From: a virus
Lineage: Duplodnaviria; Heunggongvirae; Uroviricota; Caudoviricetes; Ackermannviridae
Strand: one strand, 5' to 3'
Virus record (IMG/VR): IMGVR_UViG_2974515140_000001
Span: 95,280 to 156,130 of that record
Length of the DNA: 60,851 nucleotides
In this document: piece after piece, positions 9,948 through 19,784 of the stretch
Position numbering within the stretch: position 1 is the first letter of the stretch
How the letters are laid out: each line of letters starts with the position of its first letter
Notes under the pieces: model-generated
The model's input: only the letters and a program-made list of their open reading frames with translations
Databases searched by the model: none
Told to the model about the DNA's origin: nothing
Position numbers and translations under genes: made by a program

Positions 9948-10250
9948 ATGTCAGTTGAACAAATTGGTTTTTATCAACTCCCTTCTGATCCAAAACTGCG
10001 TCAAAAGATGATGCAGACTTTAGAAAATTGTCGCGCTGCCCAGATCCGTATCAAGTCTGAACAGACCTTTGTTACCGAAGCCCTGGCTGAATTGGCAAAA
10101 GAAACAGGCATCAAAGCCGTTGATCTGCGCAAAGTCGTTACCGATCGCGCTGGTGGAACTTATACCAAGACCATCGAGACCAGCGCCAAATACCAAGATC
10201 TTTATGAGTCGCTGTATCCTAACGCCGCGCCTGATCGCACGGATGAATAA
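9948..10250 (+). CDS. Small dsDNA-binding protein, possibly T4 DsbA-like
   Basis: Size and helical pattern (ELAKETGIKAVDLRKVV ... YQDLYESL) resemble DsbA; GAGG RBS. Confidence 0.5.
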   Translation: MSVEQIGFYQLPSDPKLRQKMMQTLENCRAAQIRIKSEQTFVTEALAELAKETGIKAVDLRKVVTDRAGGTYTKTIETSAKYQDLYESLYPNAAPDRTDE

Positions 10251-10260
10251 TATCGGTTAA

Positions 10261-10286
10261 AGCCCAACAAATGTTGGGCTTTATTT
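10261..10286 (+). terminator. Intrinsic terminator
   Basis: AGCCCAAC-AAAT-GTTGGGCT followed by TTATTT. Confidence 0.7.
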
Positions 10287-10324
10287 CAATAAAACTTTAC
10301 TTCAATAAAACTTGCGGCTATCAT
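10285..10324 (+). promoter_or_regulatory. Sigma70-like early promoter with a tandem TTCAATAAAACTT repeat
   Basis: TTTACT-N17-TATCAT; 13-bp direct repeat at 16-bp period. Confidence 0.65.
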
Positions 10325-10367
10325 TTAACCTACATTGAAAAGTTTCACTACATCATGAGAGGCAAAA

Positions 10368-11561
10368 ATGAAAGCCAAGACCTTCAGCATCCCAATTGAT
10401 AACATTGGTCGTGTCAAGGAACGTCTGGCCAAACTTGAAAGAACGGCCAAGCGCCTGAATCTCGAGTTCCCTCTTGTCGAATACAGCGAACCATACAAAA
10501 CCCAGCATCGCGATTCTATCACTGGTGAAAAATTCTATCGGTGGTGGCAGGATTGTACACTCACTGGTGAAGGCATCGACCGCCCCGTTTCCTACGGCGG
10601 GTGGAGCATTATTGGACAATTCAATCACCAATATCCAAAAGTCATCTTGAATAAATTAGCAGATGACATCCACCCTAATTTCATTCAAAGATTCGAAGCC
10701 GAAAACGTGTCTTGGTGCGAGCATTGTAATAAATCTGTGCGTCGTCATAACACATATGTTGTTCGTAACGAACAATCTGGCGCACAGATGCTCGTGGGTA
10801 GCAGCTGCATGCATCATTATGTTCCGCATCAGAAATCGCTTGATGCCGTGATGTCTTATTATATGTCGATACATGAAATGTTCTCACCTGATGAAGATGA
10901 CCCTGAAGGCATCTATCGAGTGAACGAACCTGATTACGTTGACACTGAAGGTTATTTGCGGAATTGCTTTCAGGTTCTGCTGTCTGGTATGAGTATGAAG
11001 AGCGATGATTTTGGTCGAGTTCTTGGTCATATTTCTAGCGGGACTCGTCCAGAGAAAGGTTCTGACATTGAGATATTCTATAACAAGGCTGTTAAAGCCC
11101 GTGAAGATGCTCAATCAGAAATGTACCATATGATGCTTTTCATCGCCGCGTTGTCTGAGAACAATGATTTCAACGTTCGTCTGAAACGTATGTGTGAACC
11201 TGGATATCACCTCGTTAAGGACTCCACGACAGTTCGTTGGGGAGCAGCAAAGTATTATGATTATATCCACACCCCCCGCCAAACGCGCATTGTATCAAAT
11301 TGGGTTGGGGAAGTCGGTGAAATGTTAGAAGTGCAAGTCAAATTCGAAGCAAGAATTTTCCTGTATTCATCTGATTATGGTGACACGTATCTGTATACTT
11401 TCAAAACCAAAGAAGGCAATACCATTACATGGAAGACTTCTTATATGGAAACCGAATTCCTGGAAGGTGATATGATCATTCGTGGCCGCGTCAAAGAATT
11501 GACCGAATTCAAAGATGTTAAACAAACTCAGGTAACAAGGGCAAAACTGAGGAAATTATGA
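10368..11561 (+). CDS. Conserved phage protein with a CxxC zinc motif and a probable C-terminal OB fold
   Basis: WCEHCNKSVRR...VGSSC; C-terminal beta-rich segment (LYTFKT..GN.ITWKTS...IRGRVK). Confidence 0.65.
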   Translation: MKAKTFSIPIDNIGRVKERLAKLERTAKRLNLEFPLVEYSEPYKTQHRDSITGEKFYRWWQDCTLTGEGIDRPVSYGGWSIIGQFNHQYPKVILNKLADDIHPNFIQRFEAENVSWCEHCNKSVRRHNTYVVRNEQSGAQMLVGSSCMHHYVPHQKSLDAVMSYYMSIHEMFSPDEDDPEGIYRVNEPDYVDTEGYLRNCFQVLLSGMSMKSDDFGRVLGHISSGTRPEKGSDIEIFYNKAVKAREDAQSEMYHMMLFIAALSENNDFNVRLKRMCEPGYHLVKDSTTVRWGAAKYYDYIHTPRQTRIVSNWVGEVGEMLEVQVKFEARIFLYSSDYGDTYLYTFKTKEGNTITWKTSYMETEFLEGDMIIRGRVKELTEFKDVKQTQVTRAKLRKL

Positions 11562-11674
11562 TTCTTTTACAATTTGTTTTGAAAGCATTTGCATTCGGTC
11601 TTATCGCATGCGGAGTGATCACAGCTATGCTGTTAATCATAGCCCTGATCATCCCCTTTAAGAGGAAACGCTGA
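11558..11674 (+). CDS. 38-aa single-pass membrane peptide (not in ORF track)
   Basis: MILLQFVLKAFAFGLIACGVITAMLLIIALIIPFKRKR; overlaps the neighbouring stop and start codons at both ends. Confidence 0.65.
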   Translation: MILLQFVLKAFAFGLIACGVITAMLLIIALIIPFKRKR

Positions 11675-11883
11675 TGGAATGTTCATGCGGGGGGCAAGGC
11701 ACAAGTGCATACTTGCCATTTAACACCGTCAAGGAAGCCGAAGACGCTGGATATGCCGTGGACAAGGCTCCCTGTGTAATTGCCACCAAGGATTGTCCGT
11801 GCTGTAAGAGGCACTCTCAGAACGTTTGGTATGCCCCAGAAGCAAAGGGCAAAATTAATTTATTGAATATGATGAGGAAGTAA
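11674..11883 (+). CDS. Small Cys-rich (zinc-ribbon-like) protein
   Basis: CSC ... CPCC; GAGG RBS. Confidence 0.7.
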   Translation: MECSCGGQGTSAYLPFNTVKEAEDAGYAVDKAPCVIATKDCPCCKRHSQNVWYAPEAKGKINLLNMMRK

Positions 11884-11884
11884 T

Positions 11885-12223
11885 ATGACCACACTCGTAG
11901 AAACATTATTCCCAGGATGCACCCTTGGGCGCGGCGGTAGCGAAGCCAACGGGCTGGCAATTGACGCCGAACCCCAGAACTGCGTTGTTATCGACAAATT
12001 CCATGACAATCATTATGCTCTGAATGATCGTCGCGATCATTATTTGGTTTCTGTGGGAGAATCTTTGGTTCACCTTCGAATCTGTTCTGCTTTACCAGGA
12101 TATGGGTATGACGCATTTGCTTATATCCATGATGTTTCCAACGGCGAGATGGGGAAAGAATCCCTGATTGAAAAATTCAAGAGTTGGAAGGAGTCCTTCA
12201 CCTCTGTCAAGGAAAGGAGTTAG
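11885..12223 (+). CDS. Hypothetical protein
   Basis: 112-aa ORF with GAGG RBS. Confidence 0.7.
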   Translation: MTTLVETLFPGCTLGRGGSEANGLAIDAEPQNCVVIDKFHDNHYALNDRRDHYLVSVGESLVHLRICSALPGYGYDAFAYIHDVSNGEMGKESLIEKFKSWKESFTSVKERS

Positions 12224-12232
12224 AATAATTCT

Positions 12233-12255
12233 ATTGAAGTCTCTGGGGTTATAAT
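12233..12255 (+). promoter_or_regulatory. ATTGAA-N11-TATAAT promoter (ligase)
   Basis: Inverted form of the TTCAAT hexamer 11 bp upstream of a perfect -10 box. Confidence 0.6.
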
Positions 12256-12281
12256 AACAAGACGAATAACCCTGGAGACAC

Positions 12282-13709
12282 ATGATGCTTCCTCTTTTAG
12301 AAATAATTCAAAATCTTCGCGATACCAAAGGCACCAACGCCAAGAAAGCTGTGCTGACCGAGGCGTTCAGAAACAACCCAGAATTGGTTGATTTCCTTCA
12401 ATACGTCTACGATCCAATGCGTTCTTATTATCGCACCCAATTCAATCTGAATGCATTCCCTCGTATGCTTTCGCGCGGCGTTGTCGGTAGCTGGGATCAG
12501 GTTTATGACGTTCTCGATATGATGTCAGAACGTCGTATTGGCGGGATGAAGGCCGACCAAGAACTTGCGAAGGCCGCAACCAACATACATCCAGATTACC
12601 ATACCCTGATACAAATTATACTCGACAGAGACATCAAAGCGGGAATTGCCGAGAAAGGTATAAACGCAGCATTCAATGCGGTAGGTGGTACAGGGCGTCT
12701 GATTAATATCCTTCCATATCACCGTTATGATAACATGACGATTGACTTGCTGAAGAAGATGGACTTCAAGCGCGGCGTCTTCAGCCAGTTGAAATCAGAT
12801 GGTATGTTCGCCAACATCATCTGTCGTTATGGAAGAGACTCAGAGATTCGTTCTCGTTCCGGTTCTCTTATTGCGGGTGGTTCCGTTGATAACCTGTCAT
12901 TGGTTTTCAAAGACCTGATCTATGATGCGGGGATTGGTGAAAGCGTCTTCCATGGTGAACTGCTCGTCATTGATCTGAAAACGAATACAGTGTTGCCTCG
13001 GGCTATCGGCAATGGTAAGCTCAACAGTGTCATCCAAACGGGTGAACCCCTGGAAGATCGTTACAAGGTGATCTATCGGGTATGGGACGTTGTGCCGTAT
13101 GACAAGTGGTTCGCTGCCGAGCGCGTGGACACGCCTTACGAGCAGCGCTTCGATATCATACAGCAACTGTTTGATGAAGGCGATGGTCTGGTTCAGGTTC
13201 AGGAGACCCGTGTCGTTCATTCGTTTGAAGAGGCGGTTGATCATTTCAAGGACGCACTGGCCCGTGGTGAAGAAGGAACGATCTGCAAAGCGGCTGATAT
13301 GCCATGGGAAGACGGCACGTCCTCTGAAGGTCTGAAGTTGAAGATGGAAGTGGAATGTGACCTTGAAATCGTTGGCTTCAATGAGGCCGATAAGAAAGGG
13401 AAGCACGCCAAGACATTTGGATCTCTCCTCTGCAAGACCTCTGATGGCCTCTTAGTTGTTGGCGTATCGGGGATCTCAGATGAGTTGAGACTACGAATGT
13501 GGGAAAACCAAGAGGACTTCATTGGTAAGATTGCCGCCGTGCTCTCTAATGGCGTACAGGATAAAACCGATGACGCCATGAAGTCTCTATTCCTTCCACG
13601 TCTCGTTGAAGTACGCACAGACAAGAAAGTCGCTAATACACTGGCTGAAGTCTATGCTATCCAGAAAGCATATATCGAAAATATTTTGGTGTTGTTGGAA
13701 GCAGCATGA
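12282..13709 (+). CDS. gp30: ATP-dependent DNA ligase (T4 gp30-like)
   Basis: QLKSDG adenylation motif, FHGEL, VWDVV, EEGTICK, LFLPR. Confidence 0.95.
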   Translation: MMLPLLEIIQNLRDTKGTNAKKAVLTEAFRNNPELVDFLQYVYDPMRSYYRTQFNLNAFPRMLSRGVVGSWDQVYDVLDMMSERRIGGMKADQELAKAATNIHPDYHTLIQIILDRDIKAGIAEKGINAAFNAVGGTGRLINILPYHRYDNMTIDLLKKMDFKRGVFSQLKSDGMFANIICRYGRDSEIRSRSGSLIAGGSVDNLSLVFKDLIYDAGIGESVFHGELLVIDLKTNTVLPRAIGNGKLNSVIQTGEPLEDRYKVIYRVWDVVPYDKWFAAERVDTPYEQRFDIIQQLFDEGDGLVQVQETRVVHSFEEAVDHFKDALARGEEGTICKAADMPWEDGTSSEGLKLKMEVECDLEIVGFNEADKKGKHAKTFGSLLCKTSDGLLVVGVSGISDELRLRMWENQEDFIGKIAAVLSNGVQDKTDDAMKSLFLPRLVEVRTDKKVANTLAEVYAIQKAYIENILVLLEAA

Positions 13710-13714
13710 AAATC

Positions 13715-13732
13715 GGGGTTCTTCGGAACCCC
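13715..13732 (+). terminator. UUCG-loop hairpin terminator
   Basis: GGGGTTC-TTCG-GAACCCC after the ligase stop. Confidence 0.65.
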
Positions 13733-13733
13733 A

Positions 13734-13759
13734 TTCAATAAAGACAGTAGCAGTATAAT
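13734..13759 (+). promoter_or_regulatory. TTCAAT-N14-TATAAT promoter
   Basis: Perfect match to the motif. Confidence 0.75.
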
Positions 13760-13786
13760 TCCAAGAAATCATTACCAGGTGTTATT

Positions 13787-14050
13787 ATGAAACTTATTGA
13801 TAAGAAACCAAGGAAAGACAATGATTCTCTTCACCTCATAAACATTATGAGGGAATTGGGAGTTTCTGAATTACAGATGATGAAGATGATGAATTGTTCT
13901 GACGTTGTCTATAATTGGACAAACGGTTATCGTCTTATCCCAAAATCATTCCGTCGTTTTATTTTGGCGTTGGTGTTTATTCATCGCCAAGGAAAAACAG
14001 AAGAGTTTCAACGTTTCGTTAAATCAGAGGATAGATCGCGTGGTTGGTAA
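13787..14050 (+). CDS. Small HTH-like protein
   Basis: MRELGVSELQMMKMMNCSDVVYNWTNGYRLIP resembles an XRE-type HTH. Confidence 0.55.
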   Translation: MKLIDKKPRKDNDSLHLINIMRELGVSELQMMKMMNCSDVVYNWTNGYRLIPKSFRRFILALVFIHRQGKTEEFQRFVKSEDRSRGW

Positions 14051-14204
14051 AAATCCGCCGTCATATGCCAAAATCGGGATCGCTTTCCGGAACTCCATGC
14101 TTTTCATTAAAGAGAAAGGCTTGGTGACGGAGTTCAATCAGTTCTGTTCTGAACGCCGCAGATTACAGAAACAGAAAAGCAGGGAGAAACGCCATGATAA
14201 CTGA
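14040..14204 (+). CDS. 54-aa basic protein paralogous to the C-terminus of the upstream HTH protein
   Basis: GTG start 9 nt after GAGG, in frame with ORF 13905..14204; MVGKNPPSYAKIGIAFRNSMLFIKEKGLVTEFNQFCSERRR... Confidence 0.6.
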   Translation: MVGKNPPSYAKIGIAFRNSMLFIKEKGLVTEFNQFCSERRRLQKQKSREKRHDN

Positions 14205-14856
14205 GTGGGAGAAAATGCAATACGAACGTGCATTTAACGTTTATTGCATATATATGGCGATCAAATTGCATTTCACCACAAAAGACTTTGATTATGGCCT
14301 GTATGGGCCGATGAACAATTACAAGTTTGAAACATTCTATTCTAAACAGGGTGTGGCCAAACAATTTGCCAAACTTGCTCGTCGGTTTGAATCTTCCCAG
14401 GGTGAAGTGGTGGAAAATTATATTATTGCCAACTTTGTTAAATCACCAAAGACGTGGGTGACAACATTACTCACCCGTCAGGCTCAAGAAAATTATAATG
14501 AATATCGCCGCCTGTATGACAACTTCTCATATAATTTTCTTGAACATTTTGAGAGATATATGATCCCTGAGATAAAAGAAAGAGGCGTGAATTTTATCCA
14601 ATATATCAAAGGAAATGGTAATGGGCATCCACCTTTACTGACAGATATTATTGTTAAACGCTATCCAATTTGGTTTCTCGTTGGATTGAATAAAGTAGTG
14701 GGGTTCATCCATTTATATGATACAATACTCAAGGATGACATCTATTGGAACTCTGAGTCTTTTTTATTAAAGAAAACCAATTCAGTTGTTCCTGATGAAA
14801 ACACAGAATACACAAAAGGAAAACTCCGTGAGCTAATCCTTGCCCACGGAATTTGA
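14194..14856 (+). CDS. gp59: Loader of gp41 helicase (T4 gp59-like)
   Basis: AFNVYCIYMAIKLHFTTKDFDY...F.KLARRF...NYIIANFV. Confidence 0.9.
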   Translation: MITEWEKMQYERAFNVYCIYMAIKLHFTTKDFDYGLYGPMNNYKFETFYSKQGVAKQFAKLARRFESSQGEVVENYIIANFVKSPKTWVTTLLTRQAQENYNEYRRLYDNFSYNFLEHFERYMIPEIKERGVNFIQYIKGNGNGHPPLLTDIIVKRYPIWFLVGLNKVVGFIHLYDTILKDDIYWNSESFLLKKTNSVVPDENTEYTKGKLRELILAHGI

Positions 14857-16797
14857 TTACCAATCCCAGAGAATGCGCCCTGTATCAGTACGGTTGGACG
14901 GCTCCAACTGTGAACTATTGAAGTTGTTCGTCGTACTGACTTTCTTCGAGTTGTCCACATTTTGTTGTACTGGAACCACAACACTGGCTGGCGGGTTAGC
15001 ATAGGCGGATTTAACTTCTTCGATGTTATTGGCTGCTCTTCCTTGAACCGGATAAGCCCCGCCCAGAGTACCTCCCCCAATCCCTGCGTATGCGTCTTTC
15101 AATTGAGAAGTGCGATCTGTTACGTTCACAGCATCCGAAGAAACCCCAGAAGGCATTGGAGTCAGCGTGCTGATATCTGCATTAGGTTGTGCTGGTGATT
15201 GGCTGTTCGGTGGTACAGAGGCATTCTCAGGAGCCTTATCGTCTTGGCTTATCAGCATAGACTGTCTTGCTTCCGCCATCTTATTCCTGGCTGCTTCACC
15301 ACCCAACGCATCGGGGATAATGCTGACAAACTTATCCACGATATCAAACATCGCATTGGTGATAGCATTCAACATGTTGAAGAAAGGTTTCTTCACATTT
15401 TCAGCAAATCCTTTCTTCATGTCTTCAACGACTTTGTTTGCAGCCGCCATGCCGTCATCTATCAGGCCAGTTATTCCACCCGTTACCCAATCAACCAATT
15501 TTATCAATTGGCCTTGCAAGTTATCTGCAAGTTTACCAGGCATTTCGGTCAGTGATGTACTCTTCCCGATACCCGCAAACAAATCGTTGGTGACCCAATC
15601 AACAATCGAGTTCAACCAACGCACGGGCGCTTCGGTCATTTTCAGCACTTGTTCACGGAACGCCTTTCCAAACCCAGCATTGTTCCATCCGAATATTTCA
15701 GCAACCCAATCGGCGAGATCCCCGAAACTACCGACCAGCTCTGTTATCCCTGCCTGAACCCGATCAACGATCGATACTTGCGCTTTACCAAGGATTTCTT
15801 TAGCATTAAAGAACCCTTTACCGAATTCAAATACAGATGTTATTAACGCCAGAGGTCCAACTCGAAGCATCTTGGTTGCTGCTTTCAGAGGCGCAAGCAA
15901 CCCGCCGATCCCAGCACCAAACCCCATGAATAATTTAATGAAGCCACCAACAAGTTTTAATGGGGACATCAGGAGTTTTAACGCGCCCAGTCCAAGGAGT
16001 GCCCCCAGCGCCGCGCCTAACCCAGAAGATTGACCATCTTGTTTAGGCTCAGACGGAGGGATAGAACCAGCCTCTGGGTTGTTCTTGTTTTCCTTACCTT
16101 CTTCGCCACGACGGAATTTCTCTTCTTCTCTATATTTTTGATCACTTTCATAGATACGTGTCAGAGTATCATTAAGATCTTCGTTCATGTATCCCAATTT
16201 GTCATCAATGCTGTCGAGGCGGGTAACAGTTTCGTTACTGGCATCTTTATTGAAATCCAGCGTGTCCTTATGTGTTTGAAGCATTATGTCAGTCAGGTTT
16301 ACGATCTCCCCTCCGACCAACGCCAGCTTATCCTTTAATCCATCAAGGCGTTCAAGACTATCTTCGTTGGCCGCGCCCAATTGATCTGATATCATGTCAA
16401 GATATTCAACTGACATGTCGTCAACCGGACCATTCGCCGCTTCGCCAAATTTTTCTATTTTGGTTGCGATTCGCATCAGTTCTTCATTTCCGTCCTTGGA
16501 AAGACTGACGGTGTCTTTCATCCAAGTGCTGTAATCCCTTGTGAAAATAGGACTGACGCGGACAAACCCACCAACAATATCATTCACCGATGGGAATTTA
16601 ATTGGCGGTACTTTCTGCTCCTGATTAGACGCCTGTCGTGTCTTCAGAGATTGCAGTTGTTTGTTGACATCGGCGAGCTGTTTATTCGTCTCGGATTGGG
16701 CGCGCAATTGCTTGCGCTCCATCATTTCTTTTTTGATTTTATCCAAAACCTTGACGATGTCTTGCTGCCCTGGTGTCGGTTGATTGTTATCTGCCAT
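14857..16797 (-). CDS. Baseplate hub / tail-length determinant (T4 gp29-like tape measure)
   Basis: 646 aa: coiled-coil N-terminus, Gly/Leu hydrophobic centre, T4-like NNSxxxxxNN tail; downstream of gp27/53/48. Confidence 0.7.
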   Translation of the reverse strand: MADNNQPTPGQQDIVKVLDKIKKEMMERKQLRAQSETNKQLADVNKQLQSLKTRQASNQEQKVPPIKFPSVNDIVGGFVRVSPIFTRDYSTWMKDTVSLSKDGNEELMRIATKIEKFGEAANGPVDDMSVEYLDMISDQLGAANEDSLERLDGLKDKLALVGGEIVNLTDIMLQTHKDTLDFNKDASNETVTRLDSIDDKLGYMNEDLNDTLTRIYESDQKYREEEKFRRGEEGKENKNNPEAGSIPPSEPKQDGQSSGLGAALGALLGLGALKLLMSPLKLVGGFIKLFMGFGAGIGGLLAPLKAATKMLRVGPLALITSVFEFGKGFFNAKEILGKAQVSIVDRVQAGITELVGSFGDLADWVAEIFGWNNAGFGKAFREQVLKMTEAPVRWLNSIVDWVTNDLFAGIGKSTSLTEMPGKLADNLQGQLIKLVDWVTGGITGLIDDGMAAANKVVEDMKKGFAENVKKPFFNMLNAITNAMFDIVDKFVSIIPDALGGEAARNKMAEARQSMLISQDDKAPENASVPPNSQSPAQPNADISTLTPMPSGVSSDAVNVTDRTSQLKDAYAGIGGGTLGGAYPVQGRAANNIEEVKSAYANPPASVVVPVQQNVDNSKKVSTTNNFNSSQLEPSNRTDTGRILWDW

Positions 16798-16807
16798 TTG
16801 TCACCTC

Positions 16808-18196
16808 TCAGACCTTCTGGGCTTGTCCTTTCTCTATTGGCGTCGGAGTTGGTGTAGAAGCCACAGTTTGACCAGTCTGAGGCGGTAAGACCTTCTGGAT
16901 CATACTATCTTTGGCAATCTCAGCGACGCATTGATAATCATTTGTCAGGCGTGAAATCTTGTGGCGTATCTTTGTGACGATATAATGGCCTGTTGATAAC
17001 TTACTTAACTCGGCAATGTTTTCATTAGATTTCGGGCGGTTCGACAAATCTTCAATATAATAAACCTGCCCAACATTCAGACGGTTATCCCCCACGACCA
17101 GCAAACGCATAACCGTTGACGCGAGGCTGAATTCTATAACGCGTCGTGCGTAATCTATTTGTTCGGCACCATCCGGTTGCGCTTCAATGTACCTAACGTT
17201 CTCGCGGTCGAATTGATCAGAGAACAAAGGGAACGGATCAAGGTGAGCAGTGCTGTCAAACCATTCTGAATAAATGCGTTGGGTCGCTGTCGTGGATTTT
17301 GTACTAAAGTCATACACGCGCTCGTTCACTGCCAAGATATCCCGATAATTCGCCATGTACTGATCACGCGCCAGTTTCTTTTCAGCCTTGATGATCGTCC
17401 GCATAAAACGTTCGGAGTTGAAGTTGTTGTCTTGCATCAACGGGGCATCTTGAGGATCACGGAAGAATTTCTTTTCCGCGCTTGCCTCTTGTTTCTCTTC
17501 AGCAGTCATGGACTGATTGCCCTGGTTGAACAATGTCGTCATGCTCTTGAAGTGATAGCCTGTGAAGTCTTCATAGAAAACAAATGGCATAAACAATTCG
17601 TCGTATGCGCGGCTGGCCATATAATCGATGGAACGAAGTACAGGCCAAAGGGGAGTTGCGAATCGTTCTTGCACACCATACGACGGATCTATGTCTTCAA
17701 ATTTGGTTCGAGAATTTAACTGCTCAAAAATCTTGGCCGCCATTTCTGAATAAGAACCGCTCAGACCGATAGACTTACGCAGCATGCTGTCACGGTACGC
17801 ATCTGTTGTCACCAAGTGCAGCCAAAATGCTTTTTTAGATGATGAATTGGATTCATCCGCAACTCGACCTACCCGACTCACGCGCAATGAGAGAGTAGTA
17901 TAATCAGAAGCCGCTGGGGATTTAAACGACACCACCACTTCTTCCCCGCCGAGTATCGGCATAGTATCCAATATATCCCAACCTTCTTTGATCAAGATAT
18001 TGGCGGTCAGTGAAGGAGAAGCATCACCTTCCAAACCAAGATCTTGGTAGACGTTGAATTCTTGAAATAAAGAAGACAGGTCATATGGTTTTGGCGTACC
18101 ACCTTCTGGAGTATGTGGTAGGATCGCCATATACTTCAAATCAAATGTAGTGGACGGTGTTAAAATGCCGTCTTGGGATTCTTTATTTTCGATCAT
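16808..18196 (-). CDS. gp27: Baseplate hub subunit (T4 gp27-like)
   Basis: LPILGGEEV-like motif, FVFYEDFTGYHFKS, GDNRLNVGQ, STGHYIVTKIRH. Confidence 0.8.
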   Translation of the reverse strand: MIENKESQDGILTPSTTFDLKYMAILPHTPEGGTPKPYDLSSLFQEFNVYQDLGLEGDASPSLTANILIKEGWDILDTMPILGGEEVVVSFKSPAASDYTTLSLRVSRVGRVADESNSSSKKAFWLHLVTTDAYRDSMLRKSIGLSGSYSEMAAKIFEQLNSRTKFEDIDPSYGVQERFATPLWPVLRSIDYMASRAYDELFMPFVFYEDFTGYHFKSMTTLFNQGNQSMTAEEKQEASAEKKFFRDPQDAPLMQDNNFNSERFMRTIIKAEKKLARDQYMANYRDILAVNERVYDFSTKSTTATQRIYSEWFDSTAHLDPFPLFSDQFDRENVRYIEAQPDGAEQIDYARRVIEFSLASTVMRLLVVGDNRLNVGQVYYIEDLSNRPKSNENIAELSKLSTGHYIVTKIRHKISRLTNDYQCVAEIAKDSMIQKVLPPQTGQTVASTPTPTPIEKGQAQKV

Positions 18197-18750
18197 TTGG
18201 TCAGCTCCTGTTCCAGCTGATTAACAAAGGAAGAAACATAATCTGGATCAAGCACTTGGATATTACGTTTGGCTTCGTTTTTGTTTATTGCATCATCGTG
18301 ATATGTAATGCCAGTCAGCCCGTAATTCGCAATGATTGTCGCATCGTCCATAGCACCAAGGCCATATGCCAAACGAATAGCGCGAGGATCGGTTTCATTC
18401 CCGAACTGGTCAACGTAGTATTTCACGTCCCACATCCCGTCAAGTCCATAGCGAGCAGTTAGCTCTTCAATGATTCTGCGTTCCGGTTTCGGCCAGTCTT
18501 CTGTGATATCCATGATACCATTGATAAGACATGGTATCCAGAACAACTCGAAGGAACCGTAGACGCGTTCTGCAAAAGACCTTGGGGTTTCCCCATCAAA
18601 AACAGTATAAGGCAGGAGAAGCCCTTCTATGTCCCGAATTTTCTTAACGACCATAACCCGTCGTGTCAAGTTTTGCAACAGGACTTGGTCATTTTCTTTG
18701 ACACCAATTAGTTGATGCCATACGAGTGGAAATTTCTCAAAATATTTCAT
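18193..18750 (-). CDS. gp53: Baseplate wedge subunit (T4 gp53-like)
   Basis: MKYFEKFP..., GETPRSFAERVYG..LFWI..LING.MD...DWP, NEAKRNIQVL. Confidence 0.88.
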   Translation of the reverse strand: MKYFEKFPLVWHQLIGVKENDQVLLQNLTRRVMVVKKIRDIEGLLLPYTVFDGETPRSFAERVYGSFELFWIPCLINGIMDITEDWPKPERRIIEELTARYGLDGMWDVKYYVDQFGNETDPRAIRLAYGLGAMDDATIIANYGLTGITYHDDAINKNEAKRNIQVLDPDYVSSFVNQLEQELTK

Positions 18751-18762
18751 GGCATCTTCCCC

Positions 18763-19731
18763 TTAGAAGCTGTCGCCTTCGGTATCAAAGCGGCCTTTGT
18801 GCAACGGTTCCAGTTCGATAAATGTCATATCAATCTGGGTTGACACGATGCTGTCATCTTTGTGGACAGCATATGAAGAATCCGGCGTCTCGTTGACAAA
18901 CATGTTTGACAAAACACAAGTCGATATTCGATGTAACCATTTATTGCGTTCCCCCTGCACCATGAACGTGATGTCAAATGTGGAAGGGTGTAGATAGAAT
19001 GCACTGGAATTCTTGTTGTATTTGTATTCGGGGTACATATGCATCTTGAACAGACGAATGATTTCCCTCACCATTTTCGCCTCTTTTTGCGATCTTGGAG
19101 TGAATTTGAATGTGAACGGGATTTCTCGGTTGCGCACCCCTTGGAAAATCATTTCCACATACGGGTTGGTCATCGTACCTGTAAACAATTCTAATGTATC
19201 ATGAGCATTAATTGTCGGCAAGAAAGGAATTGCTTCCGAAGCAGATTGGATGGCCTTTGTCGCCGCAAATCTCCCCATTTCTTTCCCAACATTCAAAGCA
19301 TCCCCAAGTTTGAATTGACTCATATCTTGGGCGGCGCGAGATAAGAATTGGGCACCCATACCAGCTAATCCTAGCTCAGAGCCGTTCCAACCAACGCCAT
19401 AGTTGGTTGTAATAGATTCAGGCATGCATAACACTATGGACTCGTTAGAGCGGACATGACGCGCCCAAGCATATTTGCTGATAGAACCTGATTTAGAACC
19501 ATAAACCACAGGAGTCTTACCCAATGGATTTTGTATCGGATTTTCGACGGTTTGGGTTGTGGTGTCCCCATATGAAGAACCAGATATTCGGTTGATGTTG
19601 AATAGAACATAATGACCGAGGGTTTTACCCCCTGTTATGTCCAATGGATAGACCAATTGCTTCTGAGACTTGGCCAAGCCTTTTGTGTTCAGAACTTTGA
19701 TCTTATCGATGGTCGACTTGAAATTCGCCAT
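18763..19731 (-). CDS. gp48: Baseplate tail-tube cap (T4 gp48-like)
   Basis: LVYPLD, NPYVEMIFQG..NREIPFTFKFTPRSQKEA, YLHPSTFDI. Confidence 0.88.
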   Translation of the reverse strand: MANFKSTIDKIKVLNTKGLAKSQKQLVYPLDITGGKTLGHYVLFNINRISGSSYGDTTTQTVENPIQNPLGKTPVVYGSKSGSISKYAWARHVRSNESIVLCMPESITTNYGVGWNGSELGLAGMGAQFLSRAAQDMSQFKLGDALNVGKEMGRFAATKAIQSASEAIPFLPTINAHDTLELFTGTMTNPYVEMIFQGVRNREIPFTFKFTPRSQKEAKMVREIIRLFKMHMYPEYKYNKNSSAFYLHPSTFDITFMVQGERNKWLHRISTCVLSNMFVNETPDSSYAVHKDDSIVSTQIDMTFIELEPLHKGRFDTEGDSF

Positions 19732-19768
19732 GGTCTGAAGCCCTTTAATTAGAATAGAGTGATGACAC

Positions 19769-19775
19769 TATTTAG
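19769..19775 (-). promoter_or_regulatory. Late-type promoter CTAAATA
   Basis: In the divergent gap upstream of the baseplate operon. Confidence 0.6.
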
Positions 19776-19784
19776 GACTAGAAT

